DNA of 64,000 bases from Candidatus Marinacidobacterium sp. (GTDB lineage Bacteria; Acidobacteriota; Vicinamibacteria; Marinacidobacterales; Marinacidobacteraceae), in the NCBI GenBank assembly GCA_965220965.1, contig CBDCRI010000001.1, positions 224,001-288,000 on the forward strand, given 5' to 3'. Shown piece after piece: positions 46,955 through 55,396 of the stretch (position 1 is its first letter; every line of letters starts with the position of its first letter). The position numbers and the translations under genes are program-made. The notes beneath the pieces were generated by a model. That model made no database searches and was not told the origin of the DNA. It saw only the letters and a program-made list of their open reading frames with translations.

Positions 46955-47122
46955 ATGCAAGCCGACAGGAAGGGGCGCGAAGCCCCGCTGACCGCTGAGG
47001 AGATCGCCAAGCTCGACGATCGGGACATCGACGTGAGCGACATCCCGGAGCTTGGCGAGGACTTCCGGCGGTCCGCGAGGCGCGTTGATCCCGATTCCGA
47101 GGAACGGGGCGCAAGCGACTGA
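46955..47122 (+). CDS. BrnA-like antitoxin N-terminal fragment
   Basis: DRDIDVSDIPELGEDFRRSA; lacks the C-terminal RHH domain. Confidence 0.6.
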   Translation: MQADRKGREAPLTAEEIAKLDDRDIDVSDIPELGEDFRRSARRVDPDSEERGASD

Positions 47123-47158
47123 TTCGGAAGGGGCGGGAATCCCCTCGGCCGCCTGCCC

Positions 47159-47908
47159 TCAGGGGGCCGGGGCCGCGCCGCGCTCGACGTGCTCGATGCG
47201 CGCCAGGGTGGTCGCCCCCTCGGGGCGCTCGCCGGCCAGGATGGCCCGCGCCAGCCGCCTGATCCGGGACAGCGCCACCGGCCGGTAGTCCAGCTGCTCG
47301 ACCGAGACGTTGACGTGCGGCGAGTCGGGCGCCTTGACGGTCCGGTGCTGGTGGCCGTGGACGTTGACGTGCCCGGCGGGGACGCGCGGCAGCGGCGCGT
47401 GGGTCCAGACCAGCGGCGGGTCGCCGGGCGAGACGAGCAGCGCCACCGTACGGTCGAACCCGCCCATGCGCGACCGGCCCAGCCCGTCCACGTCGTGGTT
47501 GCCGGCCACCAGAACCTTGGTGGCGCCGGGCGCTTGGCGCACGCTCGCCCACGTCTCGTCGCTCACCGCCGCGCCCAGGGCGAAGTCGCCGACGCAGACC
47601 ATGACCTCATCCGGCCGGACGTCCAGCCGCCAGCTCTCCCACAGCGCCGAGTCCATCTCCCCGACGCCGTCGAAGGGGCGGTCCTGGTAGCCGATGATGT
47701 TGGCGTGGCCCAGGTGCAGGTCGGACCACGCCTTGACGGCGCCGTCCGGCGCATCGAGCGTCCCCGCCCCGTGCAGCTCCAGCGCCCGGCGCATGGACGA
47801 CAGGCGCTTGCCGCCCCGGCCGAGCGCCTCCCGCAGGTCGTCGCGGTACAGCTCGGCCAGCTGCTTGGGGCGGGGCCTTGCGGGCCCCTTTCGTCGTGCC
47901 ATGGTCAT
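47159..47908 (-). CDS. Calcineurin-like metallophosphoesterase, last gene of the tRNA operon
   Basis: WSDLHLGHANII, VGDF, AGNHD, WTHAP, NVHGHQH, NVSVEQLDYRPV; GAAGGAG RBS. Confidence 0.9.
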   Translation of the reverse strand: MTMARRKGPARPRPKQLAELYRDDLREALGRGGKRLSSMRRALELHGAGTLDAPDGAVKAWSDLHLGHANIIGYQDRPFDGVGEMDSALWESWRLDVRPDEVMVCVGDFALGAAVSDETWASVRQAPGATKVLVAGNHDVDGLGRSRMGGFDRTVALLVSPGDPPLVWTHAPLPRVPAGHVNVHGHQHRTVKAPDSPHVNVSVEQLDYRPVALSRIRRLARAILAGERPEGATTLARIEHVERGAAPAP

Positions 47909-47964
47909 CGCTCCTTCGAAGGGTCGGCATTTTACAGCGCCTGCCGCGCCGGGGCGGCGGGGAA

Positions 47965-48038
47965 TGGTCGGCCCGGAAGGAATCGAACCTTCGTCAGCAG
48001 GGTAAGAGCCTGGTGCGCAGCCACTACGCCACGAGCCG
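47965..48038 (-). tRNA. tRNA-Lys(CTT), atypical
   Basis: CGGCTCG/CGGGCCG acceptor stem, loop CT-CTT-AC, GAAGG-TTCGATT-CCTTC T arm, encoded CCA. Confidence 0.8.
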
Positions 48039-48100
48039 AGTTCTCGGGTTGGTGCCTGGAGGCGGTCCCGGGCCGGCGGGCGGGGCGCCCGGGAGGGGAA

Positions 48101-48176
48101 TGGCCTGCCCAGGTGGACTCGAACCACCGACCTGCGCCTCCGCAGGGCGCCGCTCTTTCCGCTGAGCTATGGGCAG
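48101..48176 (-). tRNA. tRNA-Arg(GCG)
   Basis: Full cloverleaf; GCGCC-CTGCGGA-GGCGC; encoded CCA. Confidence 0.9.
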
Positions 48177-48193
48177 GAGGCGGGCTTGCATGG

Positions 48194-48281
48194 TGGCGGA
48201 GGCTGTGGGGATCGAACCCACACACCCTTTCGAGCATCACCGGCCTCCAACCGGCTTAGCGCGCCAGCCGTGCGAGCCTCC
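48194..48281 (-). tRNA. tRNA-Ser(GGA), atypical D arm
   Basis: GGAGGCT/AGCCTCC acceptor, G73, long variable arm, loop TT-GGA-GG; encoded CCA. Confidence 0.8.
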
Positions 48282-48331
48282 GTGGTTTCCTTCGCGGCGC
48301 CCCGCTTGCCGGGAGCGGGGCGCCGGCCGCG

Positions 48332-48419
48332 TGGCGGAGGCTGTGGGGGTCGAACCCACACGCCCTTTCGAGCATCACCGGGTTCAAGCCGGCTTAGCGC
48401 GCCAACTGTGCGAGCCTCC
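48332..48419 (-). tRNA. tRNA-Ser(TGA), atypical D arm
   Basis: Near-copy of 48194-48281 with loop CT-TGA-AC; encoded CCA. Confidence 0.8.
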
Positions 48420-48428
48420 GCGATCGAG

Positions 48429-48504
48429 TGGCCTGCCCGGGAGGACTCGAACCTCCGTCCTGCGCCTTAGAAGGGCGCTGCTCCATCCGCTGAGCCACGG
48501 GCAG
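48429..48504 (-). tRNA. tRNA-Arg(TCT)
   Basis: Full cloverleaf; GCGCC-CTTCTAA-GGCGC; paralog of the Arg(GCG) gene; encoded CCA. Confidence 0.9.
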
Positions 48505-48516
48505 TGGGAACGAAAC

Positions 48517-48603
48517 TGGCGGAGAGGGCGGGATTCGAACCCGCGCAGGCTTTCACCCTCCCGCTTAGCAAGCGGGCGCCATAAACCGCTCGGCCACCTC
48601 TCC
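48517..48603 (-). tRNA. tRNA-Ser(GCT)
   Basis: Canonical class II cloverleaf; CCCGC-TTGCTAA-GCGGG; encoded CCA. Confidence 0.9.
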
Positions 48604-48655
48604 GGTTCTTGCGCTGCCGGAGGCGCGCCCGCGACGCGGGCCGTTCCCGGCGAAT

Positions 48656-48745
48656 TGGCGGAGGCTGTAGGGATCGAACCCACACGGCCCTCTCGGGCCA
48701 TCACCCGTTTCGAGCGGGATAAGCACGCCAGCCTTGCGAGCCTCC
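48656..48745 (-). tRNA. tRNA-Ser(CGA), atypical D arm
   Basis: GGAGGCT acceptor, loop CT-CGA-AA, GGCCC-GAGA-GGGCC variable arm; encoded CCA. Confidence 0.8.
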
Positions 48746-48750
48746 TGACT

Positions 48751-48824
48751 TGGTGGAGCGACAGGGACTTGAACCCTGATCTCCTGCCTGCGACGCAGGG
48801 GTTCTCCCGTTGAACCATCGCCCC
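48751..48824 (-). tRNA. tRNA-Ala(CGC)
   Basis: G3:U70 pair, A73, loop GT-CGC-AG; encoded CCA. Confidence 0.9.
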
Positions 48825-48858
48825 GTGCGGCGCCGGCCGGACCGCCGGCGCCCGCCAC

Positions 48859-48943
48859 TGGTACAGGGAGAGGGAGTCGAACCCCCACAGCCCGAAGGCC
48901 CGTGGTTTACAGCCACGTGAGCTCGCCATTGCTCAGCCCCTGC
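48859..48943 (-). tRNA. tRNA-Tyr(GTA)
   Basis: CGTGG-CTGTAAA-CCACG; long variable arm GGCC-TTCG-GGCT; A73; encoded CCA. Confidence 0.9.
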
Positions 48944-49004
48944 GAAAGGACCGGGCGCAGGGGCTCCCCGGCGACGGGGAGCCCAGCGCCCAAGACACCA
49001 ACCC

Positions 49005-49018
49005 GATTGTGAAAGATC
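49005..49018 (-). promoter_or_regulatory. boxA-like antitermination site
   Basis: GATCTTTCACAATC versus rrn boxA GCTCTTTAACAA; lies between the leader terminator and the first tRNA. Confidence 0.5.
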
Positions 49019-49032
49019 GCTTTCCGGGGCCG

Positions 49033-49074
49033 AAAACGAAGAAGCCCCGGAGGTTTTGAACCTGCCAGGGCTTC
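49033..49074 (-). terminator. Intrinsic terminator (attenuator) in the tRNA operon leader
   Basis: GAAGCCCTGG-C-AGGTT-CAA-AACCT-CCGGGGCTTC followed by TTCGTTTT. Confidence 0.8.
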
Positions 49075-49143
49075 GGAGGGGTACTTGTGTGCTCCGTCTG
49101 TCAGGCTCAAGGCCTTCCAGACGCAGTTCGCAGCTGGAACGGC

Positions 49144-49224
49144 CTACACGGCAACGCCGCGGGAACGCTTTCTTGAAGCGCCCGCTTGCCGAGGACTATA
49201 GAACCCGTTTTGCGAAGTAAGCAT
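49144..49224 (-). CDS. Putative leader peptide MLTSQNGFYSPRQAGASRKRSRGVAV
   Basis: ATG 9 nt after TATAAT (near-leaderless); stop overlaps hairpin 49110-49145; codons cover all nine array tRNAs. Confidence 0.65.
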   Translation of the reverse strand: MLTSQNGFYSPRQAGASRKRSRGVAV

Positions 49225-49233
49225 GATGGCTGA

Positions 49234-49263
49234 ATTATACCCCATTGGCCGAAGTCGGGGCAA
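49234..49263 (-). promoter_or_regulatory. Sigma70-type promoter of the tRNA operon
   Basis: TTGCCC-N18-TATAAT. Confidence 0.7.
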
Positions 49264-49358
49264 ATCGAAGTCTTGTCCAACGAGAAGTGAGCCTGAAGCA
49301 AGGGATGGTTTCCAGCGTGAAGCGAGCCCAGCCAGCGGGCTCCACTCTGCTCGGCGGT

Positions 49359-50486
49359 TCAGGCGTCGGGGGCATCGGCCAGCCGCTGAACTGCCGCGGA
49401 GTAGAATTCGGGAACGACCTCCGCACTGCGACACGCCCGATCAAGGCGAAGCGAGCACACCGCCGCTGGACACAGGCCGCCGAAGGGTTCCCAAACCGCG
49501 TCGCCGGGGTCAGTGGTCGCACTGATCGACCTCTCCACGAATTCCAGCGGCTTTTGGCTGCCGTGCAGGCTCTTGTACTTCCACCGCATTCCCTGACGCT
49601 CCCCGTTGATCCGTTCCTTGCCGGCCACCTGTGACTTGCGCCACACGTTGGTGACCCCGGCGGAGCAGCGGAACTTTGCGCGCATGCGGGACCATTGCTT
49701 GGCCGTTGTCGGCTGCTTGCCGTCTTGGCTGAAATAGGGTTTGCCGGCGGAGTGTCCGTGCTTGTTGGCGTAGTCAACGAGCCGTGCGAACGCCTCCGGC
49801 GGTGGGTAGTACCAGAGGTGATCGGCGGTTAGGTACTTTCGCGTGGCGGCATTGGCGACGCCGCAGGCATCGTTGGCCAAGCGCAAGGGCAGCCCGGCGC
49901 GGCGCCACTCGTGGCGGAGCCACTCCTGCATGGTCAGCGGCTTGCCGGACTCGGACGTGAAGCTCGCGGCCTTGACGTACTGGGCGCACACTTCCGTCAC
50001 CACGGGGAATTTCCGAAGCGTGCGGGTGTTGGCATTGCCAGCGATGTGGCCCAAGCCCTTGTCCCAGATGTGGCAGCTTCGGTACTCCCAGCCGTGCTCG
50101 GCCAGCAGGGGGTGAACGGTGGCCCAGCCGAGCTCGGAGTTCCAGAACCACAGCGTCGTCTCAGGCGTTGACCGCCTGGCCCAAGCCTCGACGTGAGGGC
50201 GGTACCAGTCAACGAGGCCATGGGCGGAGTGCAGGTCCCCCGGGAATCCGCTCAGGCCGCACGGCCCGTCCGCGATGATGCATGTCGGCGCCGGCCACTG
50301 TCCGTAGAGGGACTCCGCAGGACCAAAGTGAATCGTTGAAGCGGCTCGCTGGAAGGACTGGGGGTCAATCCACGCGGATGACGAAGCGTCCTCCATGCCG
50401 GTCGGCGCCGCATTCGTGCCGATTGGGGGGAATGGAGCTTGTGGTTCCGGAAACGGCGACCCTTGGCTGTCCGATTCACGCATCAT
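49359..50486 (-). CDS. Beta-class N4/N6 DNA methyltransferase-family protein
   Basis: IIADGPCG (motif IV variant), HIWDKG, HGSQKPL, VWEPFGG; lower GC. Confidence 0.8.
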   Translation of the reverse strand: MMRESDSQGSPFPEPQAPFPPIGTNAAPTGMEDASSSAWIDPQSFQRAASTIHFGPAESLYGQWPAPTCIIADGPCGLSGFPGDLHSAHGLVDWYRPHVEAWARRSTPETTLWFWNSELGWATVHPLLAEHGWEYRSCHIWDKGLGHIAGNANTRTLRKFPVVTEVCAQYVKAASFTSESGKPLTMQEWLRHEWRRAGLPLRLANDACGVANAATRKYLTADHLWYYPPPEAFARLVDYANKHGHSAGKPYFSQDGKQPTTAKQWSRMRAKFRCSAGVTNVWRKSQVAGKERINGERQGMRWKYKSLHGSQKPLEFVERSISATTDPGDAVWEPFGGLCPAAVCSLRLDRACRSAEVVPEFYSAAVQRLADAPDA

Positions 50487-51072
50487 GTCCGTTGACCCGA
50501 AGCTTCATTGTACGTGGGTTGAATCCCAAGCGGTGGCTGGCGATGCAGCGGTTGTCGGAGCAGATCGGTCGAGTCCTGAAAAACGACAGGAGCGAGCGCT
50601 TGATTTCGTTCCTGCATGAGCCGACGCGCCGGCTCCCCAAACAACCGGAGCGCGGCCCTCGCTTGGATGAGCCATCCGGCGCAAAAGCCTGGCGTGATTG
50701 CCTCTAAGTGCCTGAAGGGCCATCGACACGTGCTCGCGCCCCGCTTCGCGACTGGCAGCGCCAAGGCATGCGACCTGATGAAAGCCTCCATTTGGAAGGT
50801 TGACGACTCCGGAGGCCATGCGCCTTCGCAACGGCATTGCCGGCGCCCCATCCCTGCTTGAGACGGATGCAACGCCGCTGGCGCAGCGGCTTAGGGGAGA
50901 GTTCGGCACGAACTGGACCAAAGCCGAGGGCCGTGACGAATTCGCCATGGGCGGCAGGACGCGTTTCCATGAAGGCCACCTGCGGAATTCCTGCTGCGCC
51001 CTGCTGAGCGCAAGGGCGAGATTTCAGTGCTCCGCCCGCAAGGGGGGAAGGGCCTCCCGGCGGGGAGGGACA

Positions 51073-51909
51073 TCAAAACCCGCTTCGACTGGCCGGCAAG
51101 CCGTCCCAAGTCCTGCCGCCGAGAACGCGACCGGCCGCCTTCTTGCCGAATCGGCCCATAGGGGCGGAATGGGCGCCCCCATTGACCACGGCCCTTGGCA
51201 CTGCCCCGGGCACCGCATCGACCGGCGCCCAGTCCCCCCATTGCTTGAAATGGAAGGGCGTGCCGTGCGCTGCGCACTCGTCCCGGATGCCATGGAACCA
51301 ACTGGGATCGCTCGGCCTCGCCTGCGGGCCGCTTTCACCGCCGGCGATGACCCATTGGACGGACCCGGACTCCAACCAAGGCCCGAGCTCAACTTGGTCG
51401 AGAAGCGGTTCACAGGAAACGAACCGAATGCGCGCACCCGCATGGGCAAGGTGGGGAAGGCGCTTGTCCGCCCAACGCTGGCTTTCAACTGTGGCGCCAA
51501 GCCACACGTTGGCAGGCCAGTCGCCCTTCCAGGGCACCAGCCGCTGCGCCAAATGGGGCCGTTTGGTCAGCAGCAGCCAATCCAGATTTGGCGTCGCTTC
51601 GATGAGCTCCCACAACCGACGCCTCCAAGGCGCCAACCCCTTCCCCCACTCGAAGACATCCGCCATCGATGCGCAGAAAACGCGAAATCGCGTTCCGGTT
51701 CGAGCCGCCTCCTGGTTCCACGCGTGAGGCTGCCGCCAATACGCGACGCTTTGAAAGCGACGCGGCTTCCCGGCGGACCAGACGTCAAGCCCCAGACGCC
51801 TTGCCCAGGCTTCAGCGTAGCAGTGGTCGCAGGCCGGAGAGACCTTTGTGCAACCCCACCATGGATTGAAGGTGTGGTCCGTCCATTCGATCCTAGAATC
51901 ACGCGCCAT
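51073..51909 (-). CDS. DUF5131 (phage Gp37/Gp68) family protein
   Basis: SRIEWTDHTFNPWWGCTKVSPACDHCYAE, VFCASMADVF, LLLTKRP, FVSCEPLL, WVIAGGESG, FHFKQWG. Confidence 0.92.
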   Translation of the reverse strand: MARDSRIEWTDHTFNPWWGCTKVSPACDHCYAEAWARRLGLDVWSAGKPRRFQSVAYWRQPHAWNQEAARTGTRFRVFCASMADVFEWGKGLAPWRRRLWELIEATPNLDWLLLTKRPHLAQRLVPWKGDWPANVWLGATVESQRWADKRLPHLAHAGARIRFVSCEPLLDQVELGPWLESGSVQWVIAGGESGPQARPSDPSWFHGIRDECAAHGTPFHFKQWGDWAPVDAVPGAVPRAVVNGGAHSAPMGRFGKKAAGRVLGGRTWDGLPASRSGF

Positions 51910-52071
51910 GGAGCGATCCTCGCCAGTTGCTGAAGGGTTATCCCCAAAACCCACATATGGTCACATGTACAGCTTACCGCATGTTGGCAGCGAATGGACC
52001 TGCCCGCCAGTGGGACGAATGAACCGTACGGAAGGCGCGGGCGGCGCCAAGGGCCGGCGCGGCGGCGAAGG

Positions 52072-53163
52072 TCAGGCCGGTCCCGGGCCGAGGCCGGCCC
52101 GCGGCGCGGCCGGGCGCTGCCAGGGGGCGAGCGCGTCTCCGGAGGGCCGGCGCACCGGCATGCCGCCTCCGGGGCCCTCGCGAAAGGCCCGCCCAGGCCC
52201 GCTGCCGCCACGCACGGCATTGCCGGCCCCGGGGCCGACGTGGCGGGCGTCGCCGCCTCCGGGGCCGATCACGTAGAGCGTGCCTTGGCCGGCGGCCTCG
52301 ACGTCGAGCCGGTCTCCGGCCCGGACGCGCACGACCATGTCGCGTCCGTCGAGCGTGACCGAAGCCGACTCGGCGTCCGCCGGCAGGCCGAGCGCGCGGC
52401 GCAGCGCCGCGGCGTCGAACTCCGCCATTGCGGGCACCTCGCAGTCCCACGGGATCGCGTCCGGCGCGTCGAGCGCCCCGGCCTCGATGCGGAAGCGTTC
52501 GCGGTCGATGTCGTCGGCAAGCCGCGCGCTGTCCCCTGCCCGCAAGCTCCGGAAGGAGGCCTCCCTGGTGGAGGCGCTGAGGCGCAACGCGTAGTCGAGC
52601 GCGGGCGAGGCCGCGCGCCAGCCACGGACCTCCGCCTTCGAGCCGAAGCTGGCCAGCGCCTGGCAGTAGCGCTCGAAGGGATTCTTGAGCCCGCGCTGCC
52701 GCAGCAGCGCGGCCGCCACGCGAAGCCCGTGCGGAACGCTTCGCGGACCCCCAGCCAGGCGGGACGCAGCGAGCAGGAGGGCGCCCTCGACCTCCCAGCG
52801 GACGCGGCCGGGGCGGCCGGACCACTCATCCGCCCCGGCTGCCGAGTCGAAGCCCACCGCTGCCAGCGCGAGCCGCCGCGTGGCCGGATCCGGCGCTCCC
52901 ATTGCCAGCGCGTCGGCCAGGCAGCGCTTGCGCGTGCGGAGGTTGGGGCGGCGGGGTTCGCGGCCGGATGGGGCTGCCAGGAAGGATGCCCGCAAATTGC
53001 CCTGCCGCGGGTGCGCGGGAATCGGCCAAAACGACGCGTCCGGGTCGCCCCCGACCCTCCAAAGGGCCGGGTGCGGCAGCAGCGCGGCCGCCGTCTCCAG
53101 CGCGCAGCGCGTCTTGACGTCCTGGAACGCCGCCCGAGCGGCGCCTTCCGATTGCCCCACCAT
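52072..53163 (-). CDS. Hypothetical protein
   Basis: GCTACAAT -10 immediately upstream; long ORF with a Gly-rich C-terminal tail. Confidence 0.55.
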   Translation of the reverse strand: MVGQSEGAARAAFQDVKTRCALETAAALLPHPALWRVGGDPDASFWPIPAHPRQGNLRASFLAAPSGREPRRPNLRTRKRCLADALAMGAPDPATRRLALAAVGFDSAAGADEWSGRPGRVRWEVEGALLLAASRLAGGPRSVPHGLRVAAALLRQRGLKNPFERYCQALASFGSKAEVRGWRAASPALDYALRLSASTREASFRSLRAGDSARLADDIDRERFRIEAGALDAPDAIPWDCEVPAMAEFDAAALRRALGLPADAESASVTLDGRDMVVRVRAGDRLDVEAAGQGTLYVIGPGGGDARHVGPGAGNAVRGGSGPGRAFREGPGGGMPVRRPSGDALAPWQRPAAPRAGLGPGPA

Positions 53164-53201
53164 GCCGACCATTGTAGCGTTCGGCTGGCGCGCCGTCCGC
53201 C

Positions 53202-53657
53202 TCAGGGACCAGGTGGGGCCGGCTTGGCCAGCAGGCCCTTGGCTTCGCAGTGCGGGCGCAGCCCGGACTCCTTCAGGAACGCGGGCACGACGAAGGCCAG
53301 GGCCGTGCCGCACTGCGCGTCCACCAGCCGCCCTCCGCCGTCCGCAAACTGCCCGAAGGCGCGGCACAGCTCAATGGCCTCGGCCTCGCACTGGATGGGG
53401 CCCATCCCCTCGCAGAAGACCTCCTCGATGAGGGCCGTGCCCCTCGGCCAAGCGTCCCCGCCGTCCCCCGTCATGCCGTCGGCCATCACCGCCAGCATGC
53501 CCTGCAGGCCGCGCCACTCCGAGCAGGTCATGTCGACGTCGCCCGCCGCGGCATGCGCCCCCGCGTGCGCGGCCAGCGCCAGCAGCGCGAAGGCGCCTGC
53601 ACGCGCCGAGCCGACGATCGATGCGCGGCGCCGCCGTCGATGAAGCCCAGCCAACAT
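53202..53657 (-). CDS. Secreted six-cysteine helical protein, paralog of 55397-55861
   Basis: Signal-like hydrophobic segment ending AHA; RGLQGMLA.MADGM, PRGTA.IEE.FC, CGTALAF, FLKES.LRPHC shared. Confidence 0.75.
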   Translation of the reverse strand: MLAGLHRRRRRASIVGSARAGAFALLALAAHAGAHAAAGDVDMTCSEWRGLQGMLAVMADGMTGDGGDAWPRGTALIEEVFCEGMGPIQCEAEAIELCRAFGQFADGGGRLVDAQCGTALAFVVPAFLKESGLRPHCEAKGLLAKPAPPGP

Positions 53658-53902
53658 GGGGGCAGCTTGGCGGCTCCCCACCGGCGTGTCAACGGCGGCG
53701 CCGCAAGCCCCGCCAGCGCCCGTTCGGCCCTCAGCGGGCTGGGGCGGACCGGACCCTGGCCGGGCGGAAGTTGCTAGACTGCCTGCATGGTTGGGAATGC
53801 GCCCAAGGTGGGGGCCGCGGCGGGGCCGGAAGCCGCCGGGACGGGAGGCGCTCCCTCTCGGGGCGAGGCCCTGAATCCGGCCGGACGACCGGGCGCGTAG
53901 CC

Positions 53903-55186
53903 GTGCCCTGGCTGGACCGCCACAGGGAGAGCGAGCGCCTCGCCGGCGCGGCCGAGGCCGCCGCCCGCGAAGGCCGTGCCCAGGCCGCGCGCGAGCTGCG
54001 CCTGCAGGCGCCGCCCATGCGCACCCCGGGGAGGCCCGTCTCCCTTGAGGCGTTCCTCGCCGACCCCGTGGATCCGGAGCGTTCGGGGATCTTCGCCGGC
54101 CGCGCCGCCGAACTGCAATGGCTGCATGCGCAGGTCGCGACGATGCGCGGCATGTGGGAGCGCCGCGGCGAGGTGCGGGGCTCGATGCGGACGGTCACCG
54201 GGTGTCCCGGCATCGGCAAGACCGCCTTGCTGCGGCGGTTCGCCGACCGATGCGCGGACGAGCTCCTGACCGTCGAGGCAACGCCCGACGACCTGCGGTC
54301 CTTGGAGGCGCTGAACGAACGAGCCAGGGCGCGGGTCGCGCCCGCTTTGGGCGCCCTCCCCGAGGCCGAGCTCGCAACCTTCAGGCTCGACGCCGCCGGG
54401 CGGTTCCTGGGCAGGCTTGCCGAGCGGCACGGGATCGAGCGGCACGGCGTCCTGCTGCTGCTCGACGATGCGCAGCAGGTCGCGCAAGGCCATCACGATG
54501 CGGCCATCCACTTCCTGCACACCGGCTCGCTGGGCCAGCCGGTCTTCCCGTTCCTGTTCGGCTTGAACGGCACGCGCGACGCCCTTGAGCGGGCCGGCGC
54601 CCCGCGCGTTCCGCCGGAGAGCCGCATCGGCCTGTCGACGCTGCCTCCCGAGGACGCCGCAGCCGCGCTGCGCAACTTCGAACGGGCCTTCTCCGTGGAG
54701 GCGCCGCCGGACTTGGCCCAGCGCCTGTTGGCGGACAGCCGGGGCTTTCCGCAGCACCTGGACTCCGCCCTGCGGTCGCTGGGCGAGGAGTGGCTGAGGG
54801 CGGGGCGCCGAAAGGACCGCCTTGACGCAGCCGCGGTGGTGCACAGGGCACGGGCGCTGCGCGAGGCGTACTGCGAAGGCCGCTTCGGACCGCTGGCCAA
54901 AGACCCCCGCGCTGCCGGGCTGGTCGATGTCGCGAACCGGCAGGGCCTGACCGTTGCGCAACTGCACGTCGCGGCCACCCGGGCGCACCGGGACGGCGGT
55001 TGCGGTGCGAAGGAGGCGGAGGATGCGGCCACGGCCCTTGTTGCCGCCCTGTTTCGGGCCGGCGCGCTCTCCGAGGGCGACGACGGCATCTGCCGGACGC
55101 CCATTCCGTCATTCCTGGCGTGGATCCGCGACACGCGGAGCGGCGGGCGCCGCGCCGGGCCAGCGCCGCGCCGGCCTTCCCCGTGA
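53903..55186 (+). CDS. AAA_16/STAND-like P-loop ATPase
   Basis: FAGRAAEL, Walker A GCPGIGKT, Walker B LLLLDDAQ, GFPQHL; start uncertain (53903 or 54017). Confidence 0.8.
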   Translation: MPWLDRHRESERLAGAAEAAAREGRAQAARELRLQAPPMRTPGRPVSLEAFLADPVDPERSGIFAGRAAELQWLHAQVATMRGMWERRGEVRGSMRTVTGCPGIGKTALLRRFADRCADELLTVEATPDDLRSLEALNERARARVAPALGALPEAELATFRLDAAGRFLGRLAERHGIERHGVLLLLDDAQQVAQGHHDAAIHFLHTGSLGQPVFPFLFGLNGTRDALERAGAPRVPPESRIGLSTLPPEDAAAALRNFERAFSVEAPPDLAQRLLADSRGFPQHLDSALRSLGEEWLRAGRRKDRLDAAAVVHRARALREAYCEGRFGPLAKDPRAAGLVDVANRQGLTVAQLHVAATRAHRDGGCGAKEAEDAATALVAALFRAGALSEGDDGICRTPIPSFLAWIRDTRSGGRRAGPAPRRPSP

Positions 55187-55396
55187 TCCGGGGAATGGCG
55201 CCCCCGAGCCCGCCTTTGTGCGCGCATTCGCGCCAAGGGCCACGCCAGCTCGTGCAGCCGCTTGTTTGCGCTGCGGTGCCTGTCGTCACGGCGCCCTGAT
55301 CCGGCCGTTGCCCTGGGAGGCCGGCGCGGGGGGCTGGCGAAAACGGCGGCATGCGCCCGGCAGCCTGCGGCCTCGCCGGATTCCGCGACGTTCTCC

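Noticed and set aside
48332-48419. tRNA-Sec or opal suppressor (TTCAA visible on the plus strand)
   Set aside because: The gene is on the minus strand; the anticodon is TGA (reads Ser TCA) with a 7/5 acceptor/T-stem.
48194-48745. Ser tRNAs as 8/4 or 9/3 allo-tRNAs
   Set aside because: Acceptor (7 bp) and T stem (5 bp) are canonical; only the D-arm region is unusual.
48907-49110. 67-aa ORF as the leader peptide
   Set aside because: TTG start without RBS, and it runs through the terminator into tRNA-Tyr; the 49144-49224 ORF fits the promoter far better.
50487-51072. Cognate restriction endonuclease between DUF5131 and the methyltransferase
   Set aside because: No intact ORF or recognisable nuclease motif; it cannot be supported without a search.
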